A DNA stretch of 64,000 bases. Source: a virus. Below are positions 54,372 to 63,964 of the stretch, one piece after another. The notes beneath the pieces were generated by a model, which worked only from the letters and a program-made list of their open reading frames with translations, had not been told where the DNA came from and made no database searches. The stretch covers positions 26,000 through 89,999 of IMG/VR virus record IMGVR_UViG_3300027782_004428; one strand, given 5' to 3'. Numbering within the stretch: the stretch's first letter is position 1; each line of letters starts with the position of its first letter. The position numbers and the translations under genes are program-made.

Positions 54372-55883
54372 ATGGCAAGTAACATCAACCCAAATGACAT
54401 CGACGGCTCGTATCCCGTTGCTGGTCAAGACAATAATTCGCAAGGCTTTCGCGATAATTTTACCAACATCAAAACAAATTTCACATCAGCAGCCAATGAA
54501 ATAACTGATTTGCAAAACAAAGTTATCTTGAAATCCGCGCTTACAGGCACAACCCTGGACAACAACATGGGCGGCGCTTTATTATATGATGCACTGATTC
54601 AAGATTTTGCAGCTCAAAAGGTGTCGCTGGGTTCTGTAACAGGTGCAGTTTCTGTTAACTATGCCTCAGGGCACTATCAAGCACTCACAACATCAGGCGC
54701 TATCACCCTGAGTTTTATCAACTTTCCTGGTAGTGGAACCTATGGATACATCAAACTACAACTGGTCATATCCAACGCAGCACACACAGTTACCTTGCCA
54801 GCCGCAGTAACGCTGGGAGTGAGTGGTATTCAAGGCATCAGTCCAACTCCGCCGGCAGCAGGTCCTTACACAATTACATTTACAGCTGGCACATATGAAT
54901 TGGCATTTGGAACCTACAACAACGGGTCAACCATTACTATATTTGACTTGAATCGCGGCTTGACCAACTTTGCCGGCGCTGACATCACCCTGGACGACAT
55001 TACTGCTACAGGTAACATCATTGCTGGTTCGGGCGGTACCAAGTTCATGAGTGCCACAGGCAACGTGCTTGCAGGTGGCAATGTAGTAGCAGGCGGCAAC
55101 GTGATTGGTGCCAATATGACCACAGTTGGCCTACTCAGTGCCACAGGCAACGTAACCGGTGGCAATCTGGTAAGCTCAGCAGGACAAATCAGCACAGGTG
55201 GCAATGTCACAGGTGGCAACGTAGCAGGCTTTGTTCGCCCAACAGCAGGTTCAGCAAGTCAAGCACCTGTTAGATTCACATCGGGCACAAGTACATCTAC
55301 CGCAGCCGCTGGTGCCATGGAATATGATGGCGTGGTGTTTTACGGCACAGCCACAGCAAGCAATCGTGGCGTGTTACCAGCAGAACAATTCATTGCCTTG
55401 GCCAACGACTATGTGGCCAATGACTCGGCTGCGGCACAAAAAGTATTCAACTCTCCTACCAATGGCGCTATCACCCTGGATGCCACCACTACCTATCGAT
55501 TTGAAGGTGTGTATTACATCAGTCGTGCGCTGGGATCAAACAGTCACACACTCAGCACTGTGTTTGCAATAGGTGGTACGCTGACCAGTATTACCTACGT
55601 CGCCGACACAACTTCTACCGCTTCTAACATCCTGGGCACAGTCAGTAGGATCTATGGCACAGGCGCCACAGCCGTAGTAGTCACAGCGGCCAGCAGTGCA
55701 ACCAATGAACAAATCACTGTGGTAATCAAGGGCATGGTACGTACCAATGCTGCAGGAACATTTACTCCTCAAATTCAATATAGTTCAGCACCAGGCGGCG
55801 CCCCGACTATTTTGAAGAACAGCTATTTTAGAATGATCCCTGTGGGCACAAGTTCCGTGGCCAGTGTGGGTAATTGGAGTTAA
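54372..55883 (+). CDS. Virion structural protein (baseplate/fibre)
   Basis: MASNINPNDIDGSYPVAGQDNNSQGFRDNF; GNVTGGN repeats; TAAATA upstream. Confidence 0.75.
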   Translation: MASNINPNDIDGSYPVAGQDNNSQGFRDNFTNIKTNFTSAANEITDLQNKVILKSALTGTTLDNNMGGALLYDALIQDFAAQKVSLGSVTGAVSVNYASGHYQALTTSGAITLSFINFPGSGTYGYIKLQLVISNAAHTVTLPAAVTLGVSGIQGISPTPPAAGPYTITFTAGTYELAFGTYNNGSTITIFDLNRGLTNFAGADITLDDITATGNIIAGSGGTKFMSATGNVLAGGNVVAGGNVIGANMTTVGLLSATGNVTGGNLVSSAGQISTGGNVTGGNVAGFVRPTAGSASQAPVRFTSGTSTSTAAAGAMEYDGVVFYGTATASNRGVLPAEQFIALANDYVANDSAAAQKVFNSPTNGAITLDATTTYRFEGVYYISRALGSNSHTLSTVFAIGGTLTSITYVADTTSTASNILGTVSRIYGTGATAVVVTAASSATNEQITVVIKGMVRTNAAGTFTPQIQYSSAPGGAPTILKNSYFRMIPVGTSSVASVGNWS

Positions 55884-55927
55884 CCAGACTGCTTGACTCA
55901 GCTGGTTGGTTCCATGTATAATACAGT

Positions 55928-56170
55928 ATGGAACATCCTTTAATTGGTAATCTAGATGAACTCACTGTTGATGAACTCAGCACTCGAGTAAACGAACTCT
56001 CAAACAAACTTTCAATGGCCACTCGATCGGGTAATGGCCATCTTTGTAATCAAATTCGCATGGCTCTGGAAAGTTATCAAACCAAGTATCAAGAAAAACT
56101 TCAAGAAACATATCGTCGCCAGGACGAAATGTCACCCATCAACTTTGACAACAAAATCAATATCAAATGA
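55928..56170 (+). CDS. Hypothetical coiled-coil protein
   Basis: Leaderless after TTGACT(55893)-N18-TATAAT. Confidence 0.65.
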   Translation: MEHPLIGNLDELTVDELSTRVNELSNKLSMATRSGNGHLCNQIRMALESYQTKYQEKLQETYRRQDEMSPINFDNKINIK

Positions 56171-56760
56171 ATGTACGACTACAATATGATCTAGAATTTC
56201 TTGCAGGAATCTACTATGATGACTGTCTGCAATTAAACAGCTATGATGTAAGTATGAGCTTACTGACCAAAACCAAAGACTCTGCTAGTACAAATATTGC
56301 CATGGAACGGCTCAAAGCATTTGTGCATGGCGTATTAGAAAGCACAGTTTTTATAAATCAGGCCAATATGGAACGTGCAGAGTTCCTGCAACTGGCCGGT
56401 TGCAATGTTACCACTTTGCCTGAAGAACCAGTTGACCAGATCATTGGAATGATGTTATACTACAAACTCAATGCTATCATGGAAGATCGAATGGTCATAA
56501 CCAGTTTGGATCTAGCCAGCAGACTGGGTGATGGTGTTTGGTACCAACATGATGCGGAAGAAGCAGCTGGACCTTTTGTTTCCGATGGCTGGTGGCATCG
56601 AGCAAGTGTACAACATGACACTATTGAGCAAGAAGAAGTTCCGGCAAATGTTCTTAAAGTAATCTCAAATGGTTGGTACGAAATGGACCTAGAGTGGCCA
56701 GAAAACTCTGTATCATCCAGCGACAACACAGTGGTATACGCAAACTTTCCTAAAAAATGA
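56167..56760 (+). CDS. Conserved hypothetical phage protein
   Basis: LPEEPVDQ...YYKLNAI. Confidence 0.65.
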   Translation: MNVRLQYDLEFLAGIYYDDCLQLNSYDVSMSLLTKTKDSASTNIAMERLKAFVHGVLESTVFINQANMERAEFLQLAGCNVTTLPEEPVDQIIGMMLYYKLNAIMEDRMVITSLDLASRLGDGVWYQHDAEEAAGPFVSDGWWHRASVQHDTIEQEEVPANVLKVISNGWYEMDLEWPENSVSSSDNTVVYANFPKK

Positions 56761-57272
56761 AAACAGATCACTGCGGTAGAATTATATTTGATGAAATAGA
56801 TTTGATAGACATGGTCATGCGTGGCCAGCCCTTGGCAGATCTCAACGGATTGATTGTACAGCCCTGGATAGATTTAGAATCAGCGGCCGTCATACTAGAT
56901 GACATTCCCAAGTTCATTGAATACGATAAACTAGCGCAAGAAACTCAAGAACAATTTGATCATCGTTGTAGGAACACTTGGTTCATGCCGGACAAGTATA
57001 AAGAGTTAGATATTGCAGAACTAGTGATATCTCGATGTACCACACCTGAACAACTGCAACGCTGTGGAGAAGAGTTGCTGTTGTATCAAGAACGTGGGTT
57101 ATTCAATTTATTACGTTATCTGGTTTATGTTGTAGATATCATGCGAGATAATCATGTGATTTGGGGTGTAGGACGTGGATCCAGTGTGTCCAGTTATGTG
57201 CTGTACCTACTGGGAGTGCATCGGATTGATAGTATGCATTATGATTTAGACGTGAGTGAGTTCTTGCGTTAA
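56757..57272 (+). CDS. DNA polymerase III alpha (DnaE) palm-fragment-like protein
   Basis: EELLLY...YLVYVVD..R...VIWGVGRGSSVSSYVLYLLGVHRID...YDL...EFLR. Confidence 0.8.
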   Translation: MKTDHCGRIIFDEIDLIDMVMRGQPLADLNGLIVQPWIDLESAAVILDDIPKFIEYDKLAQETQEQFDHRCRNTWFMPDKYKELDIAELVISRCTTPEQLQRCGEELLLYQERGLFNLLRYLVYVVDIMRDNHVIWGVGRGSSVSSYVLYLLGVHRIDSMHYDLDVSEFLR

Positions 57273-57293
57273 ATATGTTTTTAGGAGACAATT

Positions 57294-57527
57294 ATGAGCA
57301 AAGAAGTATATAGATCAGCCAATGGCAAGCCTGTAGACATGGGCGCCTTGCGTTTAAAAAACGAAAAGACTCGTGCAGTAGGCAACATGAAGGTCAACGC
57401 CCGCGGCGATGAAATCAACGAGCTGGGACAAGTGATTAGAAAAAAAACTGAACAGGTGAGCAATCAATATCAACGACAAATCAAGACCACTCTTCCCAGT
57501 TCACGACGCAAGGACAATGAGATATGA
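57294..57527 (+). CDS. Conserved phage protein
   Basis: YRSANGK.VDM...AVGNMKVNARGD; TAAATA and AGGAG upstream. Confidence 0.7.
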   Translation: MSKEVYRSANGKPVDMGALRLKNEKTRAVGNMKVNARGDEINELGQVIRKKTEQVSNQYQRQIKTTLPSSRRKDNEI

Positions 57528-57925
57528 CCCGAGCAGCTTTTTCAGCACACAGAATTGATCGTCATCAGCTCCGGCCCTTGCGTGATGCTGTGATTGTTGG
57601 GGACATGAACTTTGAAGAACGCCTGTCAAATGGTGGTATTGTACTGGTCAAAGACAATGGCAAAAGCTCAGGCATTCGCCCACGTTGGGGCCGAGTGTAT
57701 GCTGTGGGTCCAGATCAAACAGATATCAAGGTAGGCACATGGATCTGTGTAGAGCATGGACGCTGGACACGTGGTATTGAGATTGAAGATGAAACGGGCC
57801 GGCAAACCTTGCGCAGAGTAGATCCCAAAGATATCATGATGGAGTCAGATGAGGAGCCAGCAGACGTTACCTTCTCCGAAGCCATTCATGTAGAAGCCAA
57901 ACCCACACACATGCAACACAATTGA
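57524..57925 (+). CDS. groES: Co-chaperonin GroES-like protein
   Basis: LRPLRDAVIV, GGIVL, GRVYAVGP, IKVG. Confidence 0.8.
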   Translation: MTRAAFSAHRIDRHQLRPLRDAVIVGDMNFEERLSNGGIVLVKDNGKSSGIRPRWGRVYAVGPDQTDIKVGTWICVEHGRWTRGIEIEDETGRQTLRRVDPKDIMMESDEEPADVTFSEAIHVEAKPTHMQHN

Positions 57926-57926
57926 T

Positions 57927-58169
57927 ATGATAATAAACTGGAACGTAGATCAGGTTATTGCTGATTGCCAGAAAATGTATTTTGCTGCAAACGACAATTA
58001 TGAAACTGGCTGGAACCAATGGCCTTGCAAACAAGACTTGTATCGTGTAAAATTTGCTGTAGACGAGATGTTAAAAAACACATCGGGTTTTGCAGGTGAA
58101 GAAGAATGGTTAGAACAATTGGAAAAACAAAAAGTATGGAAGGCGCTGAATGAAAGAACTATGGGTTGA
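57927..58169 (+). CDS. Hypothetical protein
   Basis: CKQDLY...FAGEEEW. Confidence 0.6.
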   Translation: MIINWNVDQVIADCQKMYFAANDNYETGWNQWPCKQDLYRVKFAVDEMLKNTSGFAGEEEWLEQLEKQKVWKALNERTMG

Positions 58170-59073
58170 AAAATACCGTCCCAGTACCGTGGATGGTTAT
58201 GTGTTTGTGGACGATGCACAACGTGAGCAGGTGACACAATGGATCCGGGACGGAAGTATACCGCATCTGATGTTGAGTGGTTCAGCAGGCACAGGAAAAA
58301 CAACCTTGGCCAAACTGTTGATCAATGAATTAGGTGTGGACGAATATGATGTGATGTATGCCAACGGATCCAAGGAAGCTCGCAAAGTTGAATGGGTAGA
58401 CAAGTTAATCTCATTCTGTCAGACCATGCCGTTTGGCAAATTCAAGGTGGTGCTGATCGACGAAGCAGACTACATGAATCCAAACTCGGTACAACCTGCA
58501 CTACGTAACCTAATGGAAGATTACAGTCAGACCGTGAGATTTATTCTCACTTGTAATTATCCATCAAAGATTATTCCACCCTTGCACTCACGTTGTCAAG
58601 GGTTTCACATTACCAAAACAGATCACACAGAGTTCACTGCTAGAGCAGCCACTGTGCTGGTTACAGAAGGCGTGGAGTTTGATCTGGATGTGTTGGACAC
58701 TTATGTCAAAGCCACATACCCAGACCTGCGCAAGTGTTTGAACTTGTTACAGCCTAACTCAGTATCGGGCACACTGGCTCCGCCCGCGGCCAGTGACAAG
58801 AGCGTACGAGATTGGAAACTGGAATGTGTGGACTTGTTCAAACACGGACAGATCAAACAAGCACGAACCCTGCTGTGTCAAAGTTCTGATCCGGAAGAGT
58901 CCAGTGAGATATTCACCTGGATGTACAACAACTTGGATCTATGGGGCCGGACTCCTGAGCAACAGGATCAAGCTGTTGTGATCATTCGTGATGGTATGGC
59001 CAAGATTCCCTTGGTTGCAGATCAAGAAATCAACCTGAGTGCCACCTTAATTGAACTTGGCCAAATCACTTGA
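58150..59073 (+). CDS. Sliding clamp loader AAA+ subunit (RFC / T4 gp44-like)
   Basis: LWVEKYRP, GSAGTGKTT, IDEAD, FILTCNY, SRC, PDLRK. Confidence 0.93.
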   Translation: MKELWVEKYRPSTVDGYVFVDDAQREQVTQWIRDGSIPHLMLSGSAGTGKTTLAKLLINELGVDEYDVMYANGSKEARKVEWVDKLISFCQTMPFGKFKVVLIDEADYMNPNSVQPALRNLMEDYSQTVRFILTCNYPSKIIPPLHSRCQGFHITKTDHTEFTARAATVLVTEGVEFDLDVLDTYVKATYPDLRKCLNLLQPNSVSGTLAPPAASDKSVRDWKLECVDLFKHGQIKQARTLLCQSSDPEESSEIFTWMYNNLDLWGRTPEQQDQAVVIIRDGMAKIPLVADQEINLSATLIELGQIT

Positions 59074-60169
59074 ACCTGTAATTGATCCCAACCATAGAAT
59101 AACATTCTTATTGGATTGGGAACTCACAATGAAGTGCAATTTAGATTGCACTTATTGTCCAACAGGTATCTACGGTGGTCATGATAATTCACAACGTCAT
59201 CCCCCTTTAGAAGATTGTTTGCGTACCATTGACTTTATGTTTGAGTACGCAGACATCTACATGTCCAGCAAACCCAAAAGTATCAAGTATGTGATACTGA
59301 ATGTGTATGGTGGCGAAGCATTGCATCATCCCGACATTGTGAAAATATTAAGTGTGTTACGCAAGCGGTATGAATCTTATCAAGATTGTTGGCATCTCAC
59401 TGTTACCACTACTACTAACGCCATTATTGCCCCTGCCCGACTAGATCAAATCATCCCACTGATTGATGAGTTTACAGTGAGTTATCATACTGAAAACACC
59501 CCAAAACAAAAACAGCAGTTTCGAGATAATTTGTTAAAAATCAAATCTGCAGGTGTTAGACAAAAATGCATAGTACTCATGCATGCAGAACCAGATCGAT
59601 TTGCGGACGCACAAGAAATGATTGCATGGTTAACACTCAATGACATCAAATACCTGCCACGTCAACTGGACCATCATCTCGACTGGGAGGAGTTTAACTA
59701 CAATCAGCAGCAAGTGGTTTGGTTTGAAGGCTTGTACAAAAAATCTCTCAATCACGCTGTGATGCGCAATGACAAAGCAGATCTGGCAGACACTGGCAGA
59801 GCCTGTTGCGGTGGTCGTAGTTTGTGCGCTGACCAAAATCGTAGAGATCCTCAAAAGTTTGTTTCAAATAAATTTCCCGGATGGTACTGCTCCGTAAATC
59901 ATTTCTTTTTGTATGTGAAACAAGTGAATGGCGAAGTTTATGTCAATAAAGATTGCAAAATGAATTATGATGGCACAGTGGGACCAATTGGTAATTTAAA
60001 TGATATTGAGCCAATTCTAGTGCAGGCACGTGACACGGACAAGCCCGTTATACGCTGTGCCAACGAACAATGTCGTTGCGGACTTTGTGCGCCCAAGGCC
60101 GAGAACCTGGATACATATAAAACCATAATGAGGAAATATGAGATACCTAATCCTGACGTACTACACTAA
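59051..60169 (+). CDS. Radical SAM protein with C-terminal Cys-rich domain
   Basis: CNLDCTYC, YGGE, TTN, SYHTE; WYC...C...C..EQCRCGLC. Confidence 0.85.
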   Translation: MNLAKSLEPVIDPNHRITFLLDWELTMKCNLDCTYCPTGIYGGHDNSQRHPPLEDCLRTIDFMFEYADIYMSSKPKSIKYVILNVYGGEALHHPDIVKILSVLRKRYESYQDCWHLTVTTTTNAIIAPARLDQIIPLIDEFTVSYHTENTPKQKQQFRDNLLKIKSAGVRQKCIVLMHAEPDRFADAQEMIAWLTLNDIKYLPRQLDHHLDWEEFNYNQQQVVWFEGLYKKSLNHAVMRNDKADLADTGRACCGGRSLCADQNRRDPQKFVSNKFPGWYCSVNHFFLYVKQVNGEVYVNKDCKMNYDGTVGPIGNLNDIEPILVQARDTDKPVIRCANEQCRCGLCAPKAENLDTYKTIMRKYEIPNPDVLH

Positions 60170-60449
60170 ACCTAGTGGGCAAATTGATGAAGTGATGGCA
60201 GTGGCCAAAAACTTAAAAACCCGTGACCACCAGACGGCAAATGTGATACTTGACTTTCGAACCCTCTCTGTGTTAAAATGTAGCATGGGCGGTGTACAAG
60301 TCCCCAGGGACTTCAACCGCATTGTGGAATACTACATGAAACACTATGAGGCAACCATAACACGGTTGTTTACAGAAAATGGATATGAAATTGTCAAACC
60401 AGAAGAACCCGGCCCAGAAGTACAATCCCCGGAAATTAATCCTAGTTGA
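60138..60449 (+). CDS. Conserved hypothetical phage protein
   Basis: YYTKPSGQIDE...ANVILDF. Confidence 0.65.
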   Translation: MRYLILTYYTKPSGQIDEVMAVAKNLKTRDHQTANVILDFRTLSVLKCSMGGVQVPRDFNRIVEYYMKHYEATITRLFTENGYEIVKPEEPGPEVQSPEINPS

Positions 60450-61008
60450 TGCAGATGGTGTACTCTTAGACTGGGAATATGCATTCTCAGTTTGGATGGA
60501 GGAACACGGTCATGAAAAACAACCTGGATTCGAATTCATATACGATATTGGCGATCGTTATGGTATTAGTAAAGACCAAGGTCGTAAATTAATTAAAATT
60601 TTTAACGAGTCAGCGGCAATTGGTTTCTTACCACCGCTACGTGATGCCATGTTCTATGTGAAACGACTGCATGAAGAACACGGCTATGTGTTTCATTGTA
60701 TTACCAGCCTGAGTCTAGACGTCAACGCCGGCCGATTGCGCGAAATGAACCTGCGCAAGTTATTTGGCAAGACAGCATTTGAACGAATTGTGTGCTTGGC
60801 AACCGGAGCAGACAAACATGCGGCCCTGGATGAGTACAAAGACTCAGGTTGTTATTGGGTGGAAGACAAGCCCGAAAACGCTGACGTAGGGCATGACCTA
60901 GGACTAAAAAGTATTTTGGTCGAACACGGACACAACATGACACATGAGTGTACGTACCCAGTTGTGAAAAACTGGAAAGAAATTTATGGAATTATTGTAA
61001 ATGATTAA
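60379..61008 (+). CDS. HAD-family 5'(3')-deoxyribonucleotidase
   Basis: LVDADGVLLDW, ITS, WVEDKPEN. Confidence 0.85.
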   Translation: MDMKLSNQKNPAQKYNPRKLILVDADGVLLDWEYAFSVWMEEHGHEKQPGFEFIYDIGDRYGISKDQGRKLIKIFNESAAIGFLPPLRDAMFYVKRLHEEHGYVFHCITSLSLDVNAGRLREMNLRKLFGKTAFERIVCLATGADKHAALDEYKDSGCYWVEDKPENADVGHDLGLKSILVEHGHNMTHECTYPVVKNWKEIYGIIVND

Positions 61009-61915
61009 AAAGTTATTGATTATTGCCGCACTTGCAGCGGCATCTCTTGCACAGGCACGAGAAACTATCAATATTGTGTGGGGATTTGCCATTGGCTCCA
61101 ATCAAGCCAACACAGTCAGAATCATGTGTGAAGAACTCAATGCCGCACAAGACAAGTATACATTTGTACTGGTACACAGGCCCGGCGCAGGTGGCACCAT
61201 TGCAGCCACAGCAGTGGCCAGTGATCCTGCCAACACACTGGTCAGCATGAGTTCCAGTTTTATTATTCGCCCGCTGTTTGAAAAGACCGAGCCCACACAC
61301 AACTTGGACCACTATATCCCCATCCTGGTACAAGGCACAGGATCTCCGCTGTACGTGGTGAGTGGCAAATACACCAGCATAAACCAAGTGTTGACCATGC
61401 CCAATGTCAGCATTGGCATCAGTGGCAGTGGTGGCATTGCTCACATGGTGGCATCCGAGATTGCCAGCATCAACAAAACAGCCAACATTATCTTTTTCAA
61501 GAGCATGGTCGAAGCTGGCACAGCCGCAGCCGGCGGTCACGTTGATGTGGCCATTGGTTTGTATACAGATGTCAAACCCATTGTGGGCAGCAACAAGGTT
61601 GAAGTACTAGCCTATACCGGACGAGTTGACATGCTAAACAACAAAAATATGTTGTTGACCAGATTCAAAATGCCCGACGCCCGTGACCTCACAGCAAACT
61701 ATGCTATTTTTGCCAGCCGGGACATGCCTCGTGAACGCTTCGCAGAGTTGCACCGACTGCTCGGTTGGGCACAACTACGTGCTCCTGTTGTGGACAGCCT
61801 GCTGAGAGATCAGTTGAATATCTCTACCATGAGCCTGGATCAATCTGTAACATGGTACAGCAACGAACGTGCATACTGGCAAAAACAAGTTGAAAAAATC
61901 AACCGAGTAAAATAA
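61001..61915 (+). CDS. Bug/TctC tripartite tricarboxylate transporter substrate-binding protein
   Basis: Signal peptide; WGFAIGS, HRPGAGGTIAA, GISGSGG..H, GGHVD. Confidence 0.82.
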   Translation: MIKKLLIIAALAAASLAQARETINIVWGFAIGSNQANTVRIMCEELNAAQDKYTFVLVHRPGAGGTIAATAVASDPANTLVSMSSSFIIRPLFEKTEPTHNLDHYIPILVQGTGSPLYVVSGKYTSINQVLTMPNVSIGISGSGGIAHMVASEIASINKTANIIFFKSMVEAGTAAAGGHVDVAIGLYTDVKPIVGSNKVEVLAYTGRVDMLNNKNMLLTRFKMPDARDLTANYAIFASRDMPRERFAELHRLLGWAQLRAPVVDSLLRDQLNISTMSLDQSVTWYSNERAYWQKQVEKINRVK

Positions 61916-61918
61916 TCC

Positions 61919-63091
61919 ATGGACAAAACTCTAGGCTATTACACCTGTGATGGCATGGAATTTGAAAGCAAGATCCATGCTCTACAACATTCTACCACGA
62001 CACACAAACCTGTAGAGTGGCATTTTAATTGTTGGGAGTTTGGTCAACACAACTGGGCAATCGAACCGCCAGAGACTCTAGATCAACTGTATCAACGCAG
62101 AGCACAACAAATACGTGAGCAGTATGATTATGTGATTGTGAGTTTCAGTGGCGGCAGTGACAGCTGGAACATCATGCGGGCATTCATGGACCAGGGACTG
62201 CTGGTGGATGAGATTGTGTCTAACTGGGCACTTGACGCCAGCAGCAAGTATATTGTATTGGATTCAACGCAACACAGCAGTTGGAACAATGTGGCTGAAT
62301 ATCATTTGAACTGTGTGGAACGCATCAAAGAAATACAAGCACGTAGTCCTGCTACAAAGATCACAGTAAACGACACAAGCCAGGCCCTGATTGACACATT
62401 CCTTACTGCTGATGATGCCAGCTGGACTGCTGGCAAGCGCGAAGTACTCAATCCCACAGGTGCAACCAACTACAACTACAGGTATTTCAGTGACGTTCGC
62501 AAACAGTTTGATCGAGACAAAAAGATTGCCATTGTACTGGGACAAGACAAACCCAAACTGATTATCAAAGACCATCAGCTGTACACATATTTTATAGACA
62601 AGACCATAAATCTAACCAATGTACAAGAACACCTGGGCGAATACCCCAACTGTCATACCATGTTTTTTTATTGGAGCCCTGACTCTTGCGATATGTTGGC
62701 CAAACAGGCACATGTAATTTTACGTGCGATCAATCAAAATCCACGCCTGGCCGCAGTATTTTCTACCACTGATGCTAAGACACAACGGGTTCTTCAAGAG
62801 CCCATGCTAAAGCGTTGGTTGTATTCTACCTGGGACACCAACTGGTTTCAAGTGCATAAAGCCATGGGTGACTGGAACAGCACACTGGATCACTGGTTCA
62901 CTCGCGGCTGGGCAGGCACACGAGAGCATGCCATATGGCAAGCAGGAATACAACATGTTACCTCAAGTCTCGATGCCAAATACCTTGCCAAAGACAAAAA
63001 CGGCACAGTTAATGGTACTGTGCCGTTCACAAGTCCTTGTTATTATATAGGGACTGTGGTACAATTACCCCCTGTCACTGTAGAGTTTTAG
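61919..63091 (+). CDS. PP-loop (HUP-fold) ATP pyrophosphatase-like protein
   Basis: YQRRAQQIREQYDYVIVSFSGGSDS; GQDKP; FYWSPD...KQAH. Confidence 0.7.
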   Translation: MDKTLGYYTCDGMEFESKIHALQHSTTTHKPVEWHFNCWEFGQHNWAIEPPETLDQLYQRRAQQIREQYDYVIVSFSGGSDSWNIMRAFMDQGLLVDEIVSNWALDASSKYIVLDSTQHSSWNNVAEYHLNCVERIKEIQARSPATKITVNDTSQALIDTFLTADDASWTAGKREVLNPTGATNYNYRYFSDVRKQFDRDKKIAIVLGQDKPKLIIKDHQLYTYFIDKTINLTNVQEHLGEYPNCHTMFFYWSPDSCDMLAKQAHVILRAINQNPRLAAVFSTTDAKTQRVLQEPMLKRWLYSTWDTNWFQVHKAMGDWNSTLDHWFTRGWAGTREHAIWQAGIQHVTSSLDAKYLAKDKNGTVNGTVPFTSPCYYIGTVVQLPPVTVEF

Positions 63092-63805
63092 CACTGACCC
63101 GATGATCCGGTGACGTTGAACGTCACGAGCCTCGAGTGCGCAAACAGCAATGCCTGTTGTGGGCGTTGACTGCAAACGTTCACAAAGATCCAGCAGGCCG
63201 TTGTCTCCGCTATGTCGGTCGGCCTGCTCCACATCTCCTGTGATCACTATCTTTGAATTCGTCCCTATTCGAGTCATCAACATCTTGACCTGTGCTGGTG
63301 TAGCATTTTGCATTTCGTCAGCAATAATCCATGAGTTTTTAAAAGTTCGGCCGCGCATGAATGCCAGAGGCGCAATCTCCACAACTTGATCTTCTATAAG
63401 GGCTACAATGTCCTGGGCACGATAATATTCGCGCATGACATCCAATAGCGGACGAGTCCACGGTTCCATTTTGGCAACCAAATTGCCCGGGAGGAAACCA
63501 TGACTTTCTCCCTCCACACCCACTGCTGGGCGTGTCATTACGATCCTATCACATGCACCTTCCTTTAATGCCTTAACGGCCGCCTGCATGGCTAGATAAG
63601 TTTTGCCCGTACCTGCGGGACCTACTGTAACTACTATGTGGGCGTCAGGGTCTTGTAGAGCCATGACCAAGCGTTCTTGATTTCGTGTGCGAGGGATCAA
63701 GTCTATGCGGCGCTGTGCCGTTCTAGGTGCTGGACTAAAGCTGATGGTGTTTTCTACTGCCTGATTCATTCTTTTTTGTGCTTTCGCTGATCGCTGTCTA
63801 CTCAA
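63065..63805 (-). CDS. phoH: PhoH-like ATPase
   Basis: GPAGTGKT, TRPAV, GFLPG, LAFMRGRTF, DEMQN, GDVEQAD. Confidence 0.95.
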   Translation of the reverse strand: MSRQRSAKAQKRMNQAVENTISFSPAPRTAQRRIDLIPRTRNQERLVMALQDPDAHIVVTVGPAGTGKTYLAMQAAVKALKEGACDRIVMTRPAVGVEGESHGFLPGNLVAKMEPWTRPLLDVMREYYRAQDIVALIEDQVVEIAPLAFMRGRTFKNSWIIADEMQNATPAQVKMLMTRIGTNSKIVITGDVEQADRHSGDNGLLDLCERLQSTPTTGIAVCALEARDVQRHRIIGSVLKLYSDRG

Positions 63806-63964
63806 GTGCTATTCTCCTGGTAAAAGTCCTTTCGGACATGCCTATTTACGGTCAGGATCTGGAGTCAAGAGTGGGCACAGATTTCCAAGATTTGCCGCAT
63901 AAGTATTAGACTTTGCGGTAAAAAACAAACAAACCCTTGCCCAGGGTTTTCAATAAATAACTCT

